A stretch of 64,000 bases of DNA from the NCBI GenBank assembly GCA_050174015.1, contig JBFXKG010000012.1, forward strand, positions 44,622 to 108,621. The letters run 5' to 3'. Shown in pieces: positions 18,186 to 26,298 of this stretch. This stretch comes from Candidatus Krumholzibacteriia bacterium. GTDB taxonomy: Bacteria > Krumholzibacteriota > Krumholzibacteriia > LZORAL124-64-63. Every line of letters starts with the position of its first letter. Positions within the stretch are counted from its first letter, which is position 1. Both the position numbers and the translations under genes were made by a program. The notes beneath the pieces are model-generated. The model made no database searches. It was given only the letters and a program-made list of their open reading frames with translations, and had not been told where the DNA came from.

Positions 18186-18689
18186 ATGACCAATGCCCAA
18201 CCGGGACGCGGACGTGCGGTGATGCTCGCGGTGGTCACCCTGGCCCTGCTCGTCGTGGGCGCCGGGGGATACCTGCGGGAAGGCCCGGCTGATGATCCCC
18301 CCCGCTTCTATCTCCCGAATTCGGCCGGTGCGGTCCTGTTCACCCACGCGGATCACCTGGACATCGTCGGCGATTGCGAGACGTGCCACCACGAAAGCGC
18401 GGCCATGGATCCGCGCAATTGCCGGAGCTGCCACCCGGCGACGGCGGCCGAAGGCGAGCCGTTCCGCGGTTGCGGGTCCTGCCACGACGACCCGGACTAC
18501 ACGGCGGACTTCCTCGACCACGCCGGACTCCTGGAGATCGAGGAGCACGAGTGTTCCGGGTGCCACGATCCGGTGGGGGTGTCCGACGCCTATCATGCCT
18601 TGTGCAACGGTTGCCACCTGGAGAACGATCCCGACCGGTTCGCCGGTCCGGGCGGGCAGCCCCTCTGCGCGGCCTGCCATCTCAGGTAA
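18186..18689 (+). CDS. Class III (c3-type) hexaheme cytochrome c
   Basis: N-terminal anchor/signal, GAVLFTHADH class III motif, 6 CXXCH (CETCH, CRSCH, CGSCH, CSGCH, CNGCH, CAACH). Confidence 0.88.
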   Translation: MTNAQPGRGRAVMLAVVTLALLVVGAGGYLREGPADDPPRFYLPNSAGAVLFTHADHLDIVGDCETCHHESAAMDPRNCRSCHPATAAEGEPFRGCGSCHDDPDYTADFLDHAGLLEIEEHECSGCHDPVGVSDAYHALCNGCHLENDPDRFAGPGGQPLCAACHLR

Positions 18690-18706
18690 CGAGGGAAGGA
18701 CCGAGG

Positions 18707-19987
18707 ATGAACCTGCTGGACATGCTCAGATCGCCGGCGCGCAGAGTTCCCGAACCGGGGGCGGCCCGTCCCGGCATCATCGACATCCCCGATCCCGACC
18801 GGGTGATCATCGCCCTGGAGTACCCGGGCAAGATCCTCTTCAGACCGGTGGTGAAGGAGGGGGACACGGTCGCCGCCAACCAGTTGATCGGCAGGTCCGG
18901 GCAGGGCAACTGCCTGCACGCTTCGATCGGGGGCACCGTGCAGGAGATCCGGCCGGTCTGGTCGGCCACCAGCGACCACGTGCCTGCGGTGGTCATCGCC
19001 CGCAGCGCGGTGCCGCCCCTTTCCCCGGAAAGGGTCCTGGCCCAGGCGGGCCTCGAATTGACGCGGGCCACGCGGGTGGAGTTGATGAAGGCCTGCGGGG
19101 TCGTCAGTCCCTGGACCACGCCGGGCCCGAACGACAGCGAGGAGGACGTCGCCCGGTATCCCGAGGTGCGGCACCTGGTGATCGTCGGGGTCAACCAGGA
19201 ACCGACCACCGTCAACTACGAGCTGCTGCTCCAGCAGGAGGTCGAGGCCGTCAAGATCGGCCTGCACCGGCTCCGGGAATTCTGCCCCCGGGTGCGCCCG
19301 CGGCTGCTGGTGGCGGCGGGCATGGCGGCCTGGGCGCGCAAGGAGCTGGGGGACTCCCTCGACATCGTGCCCCTCGGGGCGGACTACCGCAGGCGGATCA
19401 GGCGGCTGGTGATTCCGGAGCTCACCGGCGAAAAGGTGGCGGCGACCGAGGCCTTCCGGGCCCACGGGATCGCCTCGATCACCGTCGAACAGCTGCTGGC
19501 CATGGTGGATTCCCAGGCGGGCCTGCCGTTCGTCCGCAAGACGGTGTCGGTGGCGGGGGCCGGGCTGGACGGCACGGTCACCGTACGGGTCCCGGTGGGG
19601 ACGCCCGTCCGCTGGATCCTGGAACAGCTGGACCTCCCCGAACCCCGCGGCGGCCGCCTGATCATGGGCGGCCCCATGCGCGGCATGGCCCATTACACCC
19701 TCGACGCCCCGGTGAGCAAGTTCGAGAACGGGGTCTATCTGCTGGACCGTGAGCACCTGCCCTCCGAGGTGAACCTCACCTGCATCAACTGCGGGGTCTG
19801 CACCCGGACCTGCCCGGTGGGTCTGCAGGTCCACCTCCTGGGCCGGTGCGTGGAATTCGGCAGCCTGTCCGACACTCCCCGCTACCACCCCGAGGCCTGC
19901 CTGGAATGCGGCCTTTGCGCGTTCGTCTGTCCGGCGCACCGGCCCCTGGTGCAGATGATCAAGATGGCCAAGAAATACGGCGGTTGA
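18707..19987 (+). CDS. rnfC: RnfC-like subunit with a degenerate NADH/FMN-binding site
   Basis: N-terminal barrel (VKEGDTV...LHASIGGTV), SLBB region, GGPMRG, two ferredoxin motifs CINCGVCTRTCP and CLECGLCAFVCP. The GMGGAGFP motif is replaced by GVVSPWTT. Confidence 0.85.
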   Translation: MNLLDMLRSPARRVPEPGAARPGIIDIPDPDRVIIALEYPGKILFRPVVKEGDTVAANQLIGRSGQGNCLHASIGGTVQEIRPVWSATSDHVPAVVIARSAVPPLSPERVLAQAGLELTRATRVELMKACGVVSPWTTPGPNDSEEDVARYPEVRHLVIVGVNQEPTTVNYELLLQQEVEAVKIGLHRLREFCPRVRPRLLVAAGMAAWARKELGDSLDIVPLGADYRRRIRRLVIPELTGEKVAATEAFRAHGIASITVEQLLAMVDSQAGLPFVRKTVSVAGAGLDGTVTVRVPVGTPVRWILEQLDLPEPRGGRLIMGGPMRGMAHYTLDAPVSKFENGVYLLDREHLPSEVNLTCINCGVCTRTCPVGLQVHLLGRCVEFGSLSDTPRYHPEACLECGLCAFVCPAHRPLVQMIKMAKKYGG

Positions 19988-19989
19988 CC

Positions 19990-20988
19990 ATGGCGACTTC
20001 GCTCGAAAAATCCCCGTTCCTGACCTCCTCCGACTTCAACGTCGCCTCCAGTCCGCACTGGCGCGACGGCAGTTCGCTCGCCCAGATCCAGGTGCTGTGG
20101 CTCGTCGCCCTGATGCCCGCGGTCTGGGGGGCCTGGAGCCATTTCGGTCTGACGGGTGTGCGGGTCCTCTGCCTGGCCACCGCCACGGCGGTGATGTGGG
20201 ACGCCCTGGGCAACCGGATCTTCCCGGGCAAGGACCACACGACCAACCTCAGCAGCGTGACCCTGGGCCTGCTGCTGGGCCTGATCCTGCCGGTGGACGC
20301 CCCCTGGTGGCTGGTCACGGTCGGCACCTTGATGATGATCATGGTCGGCAAGAAGATGTTCGGGGGCTGGGGCGGATATCCGGTCCACCCGGTGGCGCTG
20401 AGCTACGCCATGCTCGCGGTCTCCTGGCCGGGACGACTGGACCGGACGGCGGCCCTGGCCGGGCTGGACTGGCCGGTGACCATGATCGAGCCCCTGCGCC
20501 TGGTCAAGACCCTGGGCCCGGCGGCCGAAGGGGCCTTCGCGCCCCTGGACCTGTTGCGCGGCGACCAGGTGGCGGGGGTGGGGGACGGGATGGTGATCCA
20601 CCTCGCCGCCGGCGGCCTTCTGCTGGTCCTGCTGCGCCAGGTTCCCTGGCAGATCCCGGTGGGGACGCTGCTGGGAACCGCGGGTACCGCGGCGGCCCTC
20701 GCCTGGCTGACCCCGGACAGGGTGGCGTCGGCCCAGTTCCATCTGCTGACCGGGGGCACGGTCCTCATGGCGTTCTTCCTGCTGGCCGAGCACACGACCT
20801 CCCCGGTGAACGCCCGACCGATGCTGCTCTACGGGCTGCTGGCGGGGTTGCTGATGGTCCTCATCCGCACCTTCAGCAGCCACGTCGACGGGGGCATGTT
20901 CGCGCTCCTGCTGGTGAACCTGTGTTCCCCCCTGCTGGACCGCTGGGTTCCCCGTCTCAAGGGTTTGGAGGTGGGAAGCGATGCGTGA
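19990..20988 (+). CDS. rnfD: RnfD-like membrane subunit lacking the FMN-carrying Thr
   Basis: SSPHWR, GKKMFGGWG...HPVA, AEHTTSP, FALLLVNL; VTMIEPL where RnfD has (S/T)GATPL. Confidence 0.88.
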   Translation: MATSLEKSPFLTSSDFNVASSPHWRDGSSLAQIQVLWLVALMPAVWGAWSHFGLTGVRVLCLATATAVMWDALGNRIFPGKDHTTNLSSVTLGLLLGLILPVDAPWWLVTVGTLMMIMVGKKMFGGWGGYPVHPVALSYAMLAVSWPGRLDRTAALAGLDWPVTMIEPLRLVKTLGPAAEGAFAPLDLLRGDQVAGVGDGMVIHLAAGGLLLVLLRQVPWQIPVGTLLGTAGTAAALAWLTPDRVASAQFHLLTGGTVLMAFFLLAEHTTSPVNARPMLLYGLLAGLLMVLIRTFSSHVDGGMFALLLVNLCSPLLDRWVPRLKGLEVGSDA

Positions 20989-21568
20989 CATCGGCCGTCT
21001 CGTCCTGGTTCTGGTGGCGATCTGCTCGCTCAGCGCAGCCTCCCTGTCCTACGTGAGGACGTCGCTGGCGACCCGGATCGAACAGCAGGGCGACTACTAC
21101 GTCAGGGGACCGGCCCTGGCCCGGCTGTTCCAGCAGCCGGCTTCCCAGCTGCTGGCCAACAAGGTCAAGATCACCAGGGATGGGATCGAGTATCCGGTCT
21201 TTTTCCGGAAGGACGGGGAGCAGGTCACCGGTCTCGCGGTGGAAGCCTCCGGCCAGGGAGGCTACGGCGGTCCCATCGTGATGATGATCGGGATCGATCT
21301 GGCCACCGACACGGTCCTGGGCGTGGAGATCGTCTTCCACAGCGAGACCCCCGGCCTGGGCGCCCAGGTCGAGAAGGCCGGGTTCCGGCAGCAATGGGTC
21401 GGGCTTCCCCTGGGGTCGTCCGTGGCCCTCGCCGGGTCCGGAGGGTCGGTGGACGCCATCACCGGGGCGACCTTCTCCTCCAGCGCCATGGTGGACGGAA
21501 CGAACCAGGTCCTTGACCTGATGAACACGAACAGGGCAGCCATTCTGGCCGAGATCGCCGGTCGCTGA
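20981..21568 (+). CDS. rnfG: RnfG periplasmic FMN-binding subunit
   Basis: N-terminal anchor, GYGGPI, HSETPGLG, covalent-FMN motif DAITGATFSS intact. Confidence 0.92.
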   Translation: MRDIGRLVLVLVAICSLSAASLSYVRTSLATRIEQQGDYYVRGPALARLFQQPASQLLANKVKITRDGIEYPVFFRKDGEQVTGLAVEASGQGGYGGPIVMMIGIDLATDTVLGVEIVFHSETPGLGAQVEKAGFRQQWVGLPLGSSVALAGSGGSVDAITGATFSSSAMVDGTNQVLDLMNTNRAAILAEIAGR

Positions 21569-21593
21569 CCGGGGAGCCGACGGGAGCGGGATC

Positions 21594-22205
21594 ATGGATT
21601 TCAAGCAGGCGTTGACCCACGGTTTCTGGCGCGACCTGCCGCCTTTCCGCCTGGTGCTGGGGCTGTGCCCCTCGCTCGCGGTGACCGCCGCGGCGGAGAA
21701 CGGTTTGGGCATGGGGCTGGCGGTCACCTTCGTGCTGATCTTCAGCAACATGTTCATCTCGCTGCTGCGCCGGGTGATCCCCGACAAGGTGAGGATCGCC
21801 AGCTACATCGTCGTCATCGCCACCCTGGTGGTTCTGGTGGAGCTGAGCATGAAGGCCTTCTTCTTCCCGCTCTCGCAGCAGCTCGGCATCTACATCCCCC
21901 TGATCGTGGTGAACTGCATCATCCTGGGACGGGCCGAGGCCTTCGCCAGCCGCAACCCGGTGCTGATCTCCATGGCCGACGGCCTGAGCGTGGGCCTGGG
22001 CTTCACCGTTTCGTTGACCCTGGTGGGATCGCTGCGGGAGATCCTGGGCTCGGGCACCTGGTTCGGGATGGGACTTTTCGGTCCGGGCTTCGAGCCGTTC
22101 GGTTTCATGGTCAAGGCCCCGGGCGCCTTCCTCTGCCTGGGGGTGCTGCTGGGGCTCATGAACGCGTGGAGCCGCCGCCGCGGGGAAATCTTCGTCCAGA
22201 CCTGA
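21594..22205 (+). CDS. rnfE: RnfE membrane subunit
   Basis: LGLCPSLAVT, IYIPLIVVNCIILGRAE, PGAFL. Confidence 0.95.
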   Translation: MDFKQALTHGFWRDLPPFRLVLGLCPSLAVTAAAENGLGMGLAVTFVLIFSNMFISLLRRVIPDKVRIASYIVVIATLVVLVELSMKAFFFPLSQQLGIYIPLIVVNCIILGRAEAFASRNPVLISMADGLSVGLGFTVSLTLVGSLREILGSGTWFGMGLFGPGFEPFGFMVKAPGAFLCLGVLLGLMNAWSRRRGEIFVQT

Positions 22206-22217
22206 GGAGCGTGACTC

Positions 22218-22793
22218 GTGGATCTGATCATCCTGGCCGTCGGGGCCATCTTCGTGCAGAACATCCTGCTCGCGCAGTACCTGGGCAACTGCCCGTTCTG
22301 CGGCGTCTCCAAGAAGACGGGGACCGCCGTCGGCATGGGGGTCGCGGTGATCTTCGTGGCCACCCTGGCCTCGATCTTCACGTGGCTGGCCTATTACCTG
22401 CTCCTGGTGCCGCGCCACCTGGAGTACCTGCAGACCATGGTCTTCATCCTCATCATCGCCGCCCTGGTCCAGCTGGTGGAGATCTTCCTGAAGAAGCAGA
22501 GCAGGACCCTGTACGACGCCCTGGGCATCTACCTGCCCTTGATCACGACCAACTGCGCCGTGATGGGCATCGCCCTGCTGAACATCAAGCACGGGTTCGG
22601 TTTCGTGGAGATGGTGGTGTATTCCGCGGCGAGCGCGGCGGGATTCGCCCTGGCGATCATCCTGTTCGCAGGAGTGCGGGAGCGGATGTTCCTGGCGCCC
22701 GTCCCCAAGGCGATGCGCGGCACCGCCATCGCCCTGGTCACGGCCGGGATCATGTCGCTCGCGTTCATGGGGTTCGCGGGCATGGGCAAGTAG
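22218..22793 (+). CDS. rnfA: RnfA membrane subunit
   Basis: YLGNCPF, LGIYLPLITTNCAVMG, GVRER; GTG start after GAGGAG. Confidence 0.95.
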   Translation: MDLIILAVGAIFVQNILLAQYLGNCPFCGVSKKTGTAVGMGVAVIFVATLASIFTWLAYYLLLVPRHLEYLQTMVFILIIAALVQLVEIFLKKQSRTLYDALGIYLPLITTNCAVMGIALLNIKHGFGFVEMVVYSAASAAGFALAIILFAGVRERMFLAPVPKAMRGTAIALVTAGIMSLAFMGFAGMGK

Positions 22794-22809
22794 CAGCCGA
22801 GGAGTCGAC

Positions 22810-24909
22810 ATGCTGGTTCCGGCAATGGTACTCGGGGGCATCGCGGCGGTGGCGGCCGTCGCCCTCGGCATCGCGGCGCGGATCTTCCACGTGGAGGAGG
22901 ATCCCCGCTTCAAAGGCGTGGCCGACCTGCTGCCCGGCGCCAACTGCGGCGGCTGCGGTTTCGCCGGCTGCTCGGCCTGCGCCGAGGCCATCGTGCGCGG
23001 CCAGGCCGAGGTGAACGCCTGCGTGGTCGGCCAGACCGATACCGCCCGGCAGGTGGCGGCCTTCCTGGGCATGGAGATGGTGGACAACGAGCCCCAGATC
23101 GCCTGCCCCGACTGTCGGGGGGGGATCCGGGCGACGCGCAAGTACGACTACGCGGGGTTCGACGACTGCCGGGCCGCCATGCAGCTCTTCCACGGTCCCA
23201 CCGTCTGCGACCACGGCTGCCTCGGTCTGGGGACCTGCATCCGGGCCTGCCAGTTCGGCGCCATCCGGATGGGGGACGAGGGCCTGCCGGTCTTCGATCC
23301 CTTGAGGTGCGTCGGTTGCGGCTCCTGCGTGCGGGCCTGTCCCAAGGGGATCATCTCCATCATCAGCGAGACCACCAAGATCCTGCACTGGAACCGCTAC
23401 AGCGAGTGCCTGGCGCCCTGCCGCCAGAAGTGCCCGGCCCAGGTCAACGTGCCCAAGTACATCGAGCACATCCGCAAGGGCGAGTACGCCCAGGCCCTGA
23501 TGACGGTGCGGGAAAGCAATCCGCTGCCCCTGAGCACCGGGCGGGTCTGCCCCGAACCCTGCTCCCTGGCCTGCCGGCGCCAGATCGAGGACGAACCGGT
23601 GGCCATCAACTACCTCAAGCGGTTCCTGGCCGACTGGGAGATGGAGCAGGAGACCAGGCTGCACATCCCCGTCGCCCCGGACACGGGCAAGCGGATCGCG
23701 GTGATCGGCGGGGGACCGGCCGGGCTGAGCGCCGCCTACTATCTGCGCCGCCTCGGCCACGCGGTCGCCATCTTCGAGAAGATGCCTGCCCTGGGCGGCA
23801 TGCTGCGCTACGGCATTCCCGAGTACCGGTTGCCCAAGCGGATCCTGGACTGGGAGATCCAGGGCATCCTGGGCCTGGGCATCCAGGCGACCTGCAACGT
23901 GGAGCTCGGCAAGCACTTCAGCATCGACTTCCTGCGGGCCGAGGGCTTCGACGCCATCTTCATGGCCGTGGGCGCCTGGCTGGACAAGGGCCTGGGCCTG
24001 GACGAGGACGGTCTGGAGGGCGTGGCGCCCGGCATCAAGTTCCTCGAGACCTACCACCACCAGAAGGACATCACCGTCACCGGGAGGGTGGCGGTCATCG
24101 GCGGCGGCAACACCGCCATCGATTGCGCCCGGACGTCCCTGCGGTCGGGCGCCGAGAAGGTGACCATCGTCTACCGTCGCAGCCGCGACGAGATGCCGGC
24201 CAATCCCGCCGAGATCATCGCCGCCGAGGAGGAAGGCATCGAGTTCCGCTTCCTCAGCGCACCGAGCTGCATCCTGAGCGAGGATGGGCGGGTCACGGGG
24301 CTGGAGGTCCTGCGCATGGAACTCGGCGAGCCCGACCCCAGCGGCAGGCGCCGTCCCGTGCCGGTGGCGGGCAGCGAGGAGACCGTGCCCTGCGACCTGA
24401 TCATCGAGGCCGTGGGCCAGGAGCCCGACCTCGAATTCCTGAAGTCCGAGGGCATGCCCAAGCTGCCGCTCACCCGCTGGAACACCATCGACGCCAAGGA
24501 GGAGACCCTGCAGACGGACGTCCCGTTCATCTTCACGGGGGGGGACTGCTTCACCGGTCCCGGCCTGATGGTGGAGGCCATCGGAGCGGGCCGGTACGCC
24601 GCCCGGTCCATCCACTACTACGTGACCGACGGGGTGATTCCCCCGATCGAGCACCGTCAGACCGACCTGATTCCCGCCTCGCTGTTCGAGTCGATCAGCG
24701 GGGTGGAGGAGAAGCCCAAGGTGCACGAACCCATCGTGTCGCTGGAGGACCGGCTGGGGACCTTCAAGGAGGTCGAGGGCACCATCGACGAGGAGGACGC
24801 GGTCTACGAGGCGAGCCGGTGCCTGCACTGCGGGACCTTCTGCTACGACCACGACCTCGAGGTGGCCAGGCAGGAGGCGGAACAGGACAGGATGCAGGAG
24901 AGCACCTGA
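22810..24909 (+). CDS. rnfB: RnfB fused to a GltD/NfnB-like FAD/NADP(H) oxidoreductase module
   Basis: LPGANCGGCGFAGCSAC, CLGLGTCIRAC, CVGCGSCVRACP; then PCRQKCP...GRVCPEPCSLAC, IGGGPAG (FAD), IGGGNTAID...YRRS (NADP-type), EASRCLHCG. Confidence 0.9.
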   Translation: MLVPAMVLGGIAAVAAVALGIAARIFHVEEDPRFKGVADLLPGANCGGCGFAGCSACAEAIVRGQAEVNACVVGQTDTARQVAAFLGMEMVDNEPQIACPDCRGGIRATRKYDYAGFDDCRAAMQLFHGPTVCDHGCLGLGTCIRACQFGAIRMGDEGLPVFDPLRCVGCGSCVRACPKGIISIISETTKILHWNRYSECLAPCRQKCPAQVNVPKYIEHIRKGEYAQALMTVRESNPLPLSTGRVCPEPCSLACRRQIEDEPVAINYLKRFLADWEMEQETRLHIPVAPDTGKRIAVIGGGPAGLSAAYYLRRLGHAVAIFEKMPALGGMLRYGIPEYRLPKRILDWEIQGILGLGIQATCNVELGKHFSIDFLRAEGFDAIFMAVGAWLDKGLGLDEDGLEGVAPGIKFLETYHHQKDITVTGRVAVIGGGNTAIDCARTSLRSGAEKVTIVYRRSRDEMPANPAEIIAAEEEGIEFRFLSAPSCILSEDGRVTGLEVLRMELGEPDPSGRRRPVPVAGSEETVPCDLIIEAVGQEPDLEFLKSEGMPKLPLTRWNTIDAKEETLQTDVPFIFTGGDCFTGPGLMVEAIGAGRYAARSIHYYVTDGVIPPIEHRQTDLIPASLFESISGVEEKPKVHEPIVSLEDRLGTFKEVEGTIDEEDAVYEASRCLHCGTFCYDHDLEVARQEAEQDRMQEST

Positions 24910-25986
24910 TCAGGAACCGGCGCCCGTCCTCAGGCGGTAGCGGTCCGCGTAGCCGGGCAGGACGGCGATCCTGCCGGCGAGGCCCGGGGTGGGGATGACG
25001 TCGATCTCGCCGGGGCCGGGACCGGGCACGACGAAGACGGCTTCGACTCCGGGGTGGTGGCGGGCGAGCAGCAGCGCCCCCTGCTCGGGCCCCAGGATGA
25101 ACAGGGTCGTCGAGAGCCCGTCGGCGAGGATCCCCGTGGGGGCGATGACGGTCGCGCTGAGGGTCCCGGCGGCCGGGCTGCCGGTGGCGGGATTCATGAT
25201 GTGACCGTACCGCACGCCGTCGATGGTCACGAACTTCTCGTAGGATCCGCTGGTCGCCACGGCCGCGTTCGAGACGGTGACGGTGGCGAAGATCCGGGTC
25301 TTGTCCAGGGGATCCTTGATCCCCACCCGCCAGTCGGCCCGGCCAGGCGCCCCGCCCAGGCAGAAGAGGTTTCCCCCCAGGTCGATCAGGCCGCCCTTGA
25401 CCCCTGCGGCGCGCAGGCGGGCGACGGCCAGATCCACGGCCAGGCCCTTGGCGATCCCGCCCAGATCGAACCGGGTCCCCCCCGATTCCTTGACCACGGC
25501 CCGCCCCTCCTGGACGAAGCGCCAGCGTCCCAGGAGGGCCCGGGCCGAGTCCACGGCCGCCGCACCCGGCAGGACCCCCCGCTTCCGGTGGAATCCCCAC
25601 AGGTCCAGCAGGGCGCCGGCGGTGGGGTCGAAGGCCCCGCCGCTCTGTTCTCCCAGCTGCCGGGACAGTTCCAGGCAACGGCCCAGCCAGGGCGATACGG
25701 CGACGGCGGAGTCCGCGGGGGCGCGGTTCAGGCGGCTGATCGCGGAATCCGGGCGCCGGATGCTCAGCTCCGACTCCAGGGAATCGTACACCGCCTGCAC
25801 CAGGGCCTCGGCCCGGGAGGCATCCAGCCCCGGGGGCAGCTCGAGGGAACAGGCGGCCACCGTCCCCATGCTGGCGAATTCGAAACTGCCCGAGGCGGGG
25901 CCGGGCGAGGATGAGCGGCAAGCCGGAAGGGCGGCCAGGAGGGGAACCAGGAACATGGCGGGAATCCGCAGGGTTCGGCTGATCAT
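24910..25986 (-). CDS. apbE: ApbE/Ftp FAD:protein FMN transferase (lipoprotein)
   Basis: SMGT, FDPTAG, DLGGIAKGLAVD, LGGN, ATSGSYE, GHIMNP, ADGLST; lipobox ALPA-C; start set at MISRT; stop abuts the rnfB stop (TGATCA). Confidence 0.92.
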   Translation of the reverse strand: MISRTLRIPAMFLVPLLAALPACRSSSPGPASGSFEFASMGTVAACSLELPPGLDASRAEALVQAVYDSLESELSIRRPDSAISRLNRAPADSAVAVSPWLGRCLELSRQLGEQSGGAFDPTAGALLDLWGFHRKRGVLPGAAAVDSARALLGRWRFVQEGRAVVKESGGTRFDLGGIAKGLAVDLAVARLRAAGVKGGLIDLGGNLFCLGGAPGRADWRVGIKDPLDKTRIFATVTVSNAAVATSGSYEKFVTIDGVRYGHIMNPATGSPAAGTLSATVIAPTGILADGLSTTLFILGPEQGALLLARHHPGVEAVFVVPGPGPGEIDVIPTPGLAGRIAVLPGYADRYRLRTGAGS

Positions 25987-26160
25987 CGGATCCTTCCCGG
26001 TCGGTTCTCGGGACCTGGCAAGGCGAGCTTCCCCCAAGATATCCCTCCGGATCACGAGATCAAATCGTGAGGATTCGTTGCGGGCGCCCAGGAAGCATAC
26101 TAAAATGATATGGTTTAAGAAATATGATTCTCATTTTCGCCGAACGGGAGCGCGCCGCTG

Positions 26161-26298
26161 CAGGGGAAGCAGGTCGGGCCGGACGTGATGGGGGAGCTGA
26201 TCCGCCGGGGCGGGATGGGCGAGGTCCACCGCGCCCGGGCCACCGCCATGACCCAGATCACCCGCCGGGGGAATCTGCTGGAAAGGAGGAGGGGATGA
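26161..26298 (+). pseudogene. Relic N-terminus of a Hanks-type Ser/Thr protein kinase
   Basis: Translation QGKQVGPDVMGELIRRGGMGEVHRARATAM... matches subdomain I (GxGGMGEVYRA); ends at a TGA overlapping the phosphatase ATG; no catalytic subdomains. Confidence 0.6.
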
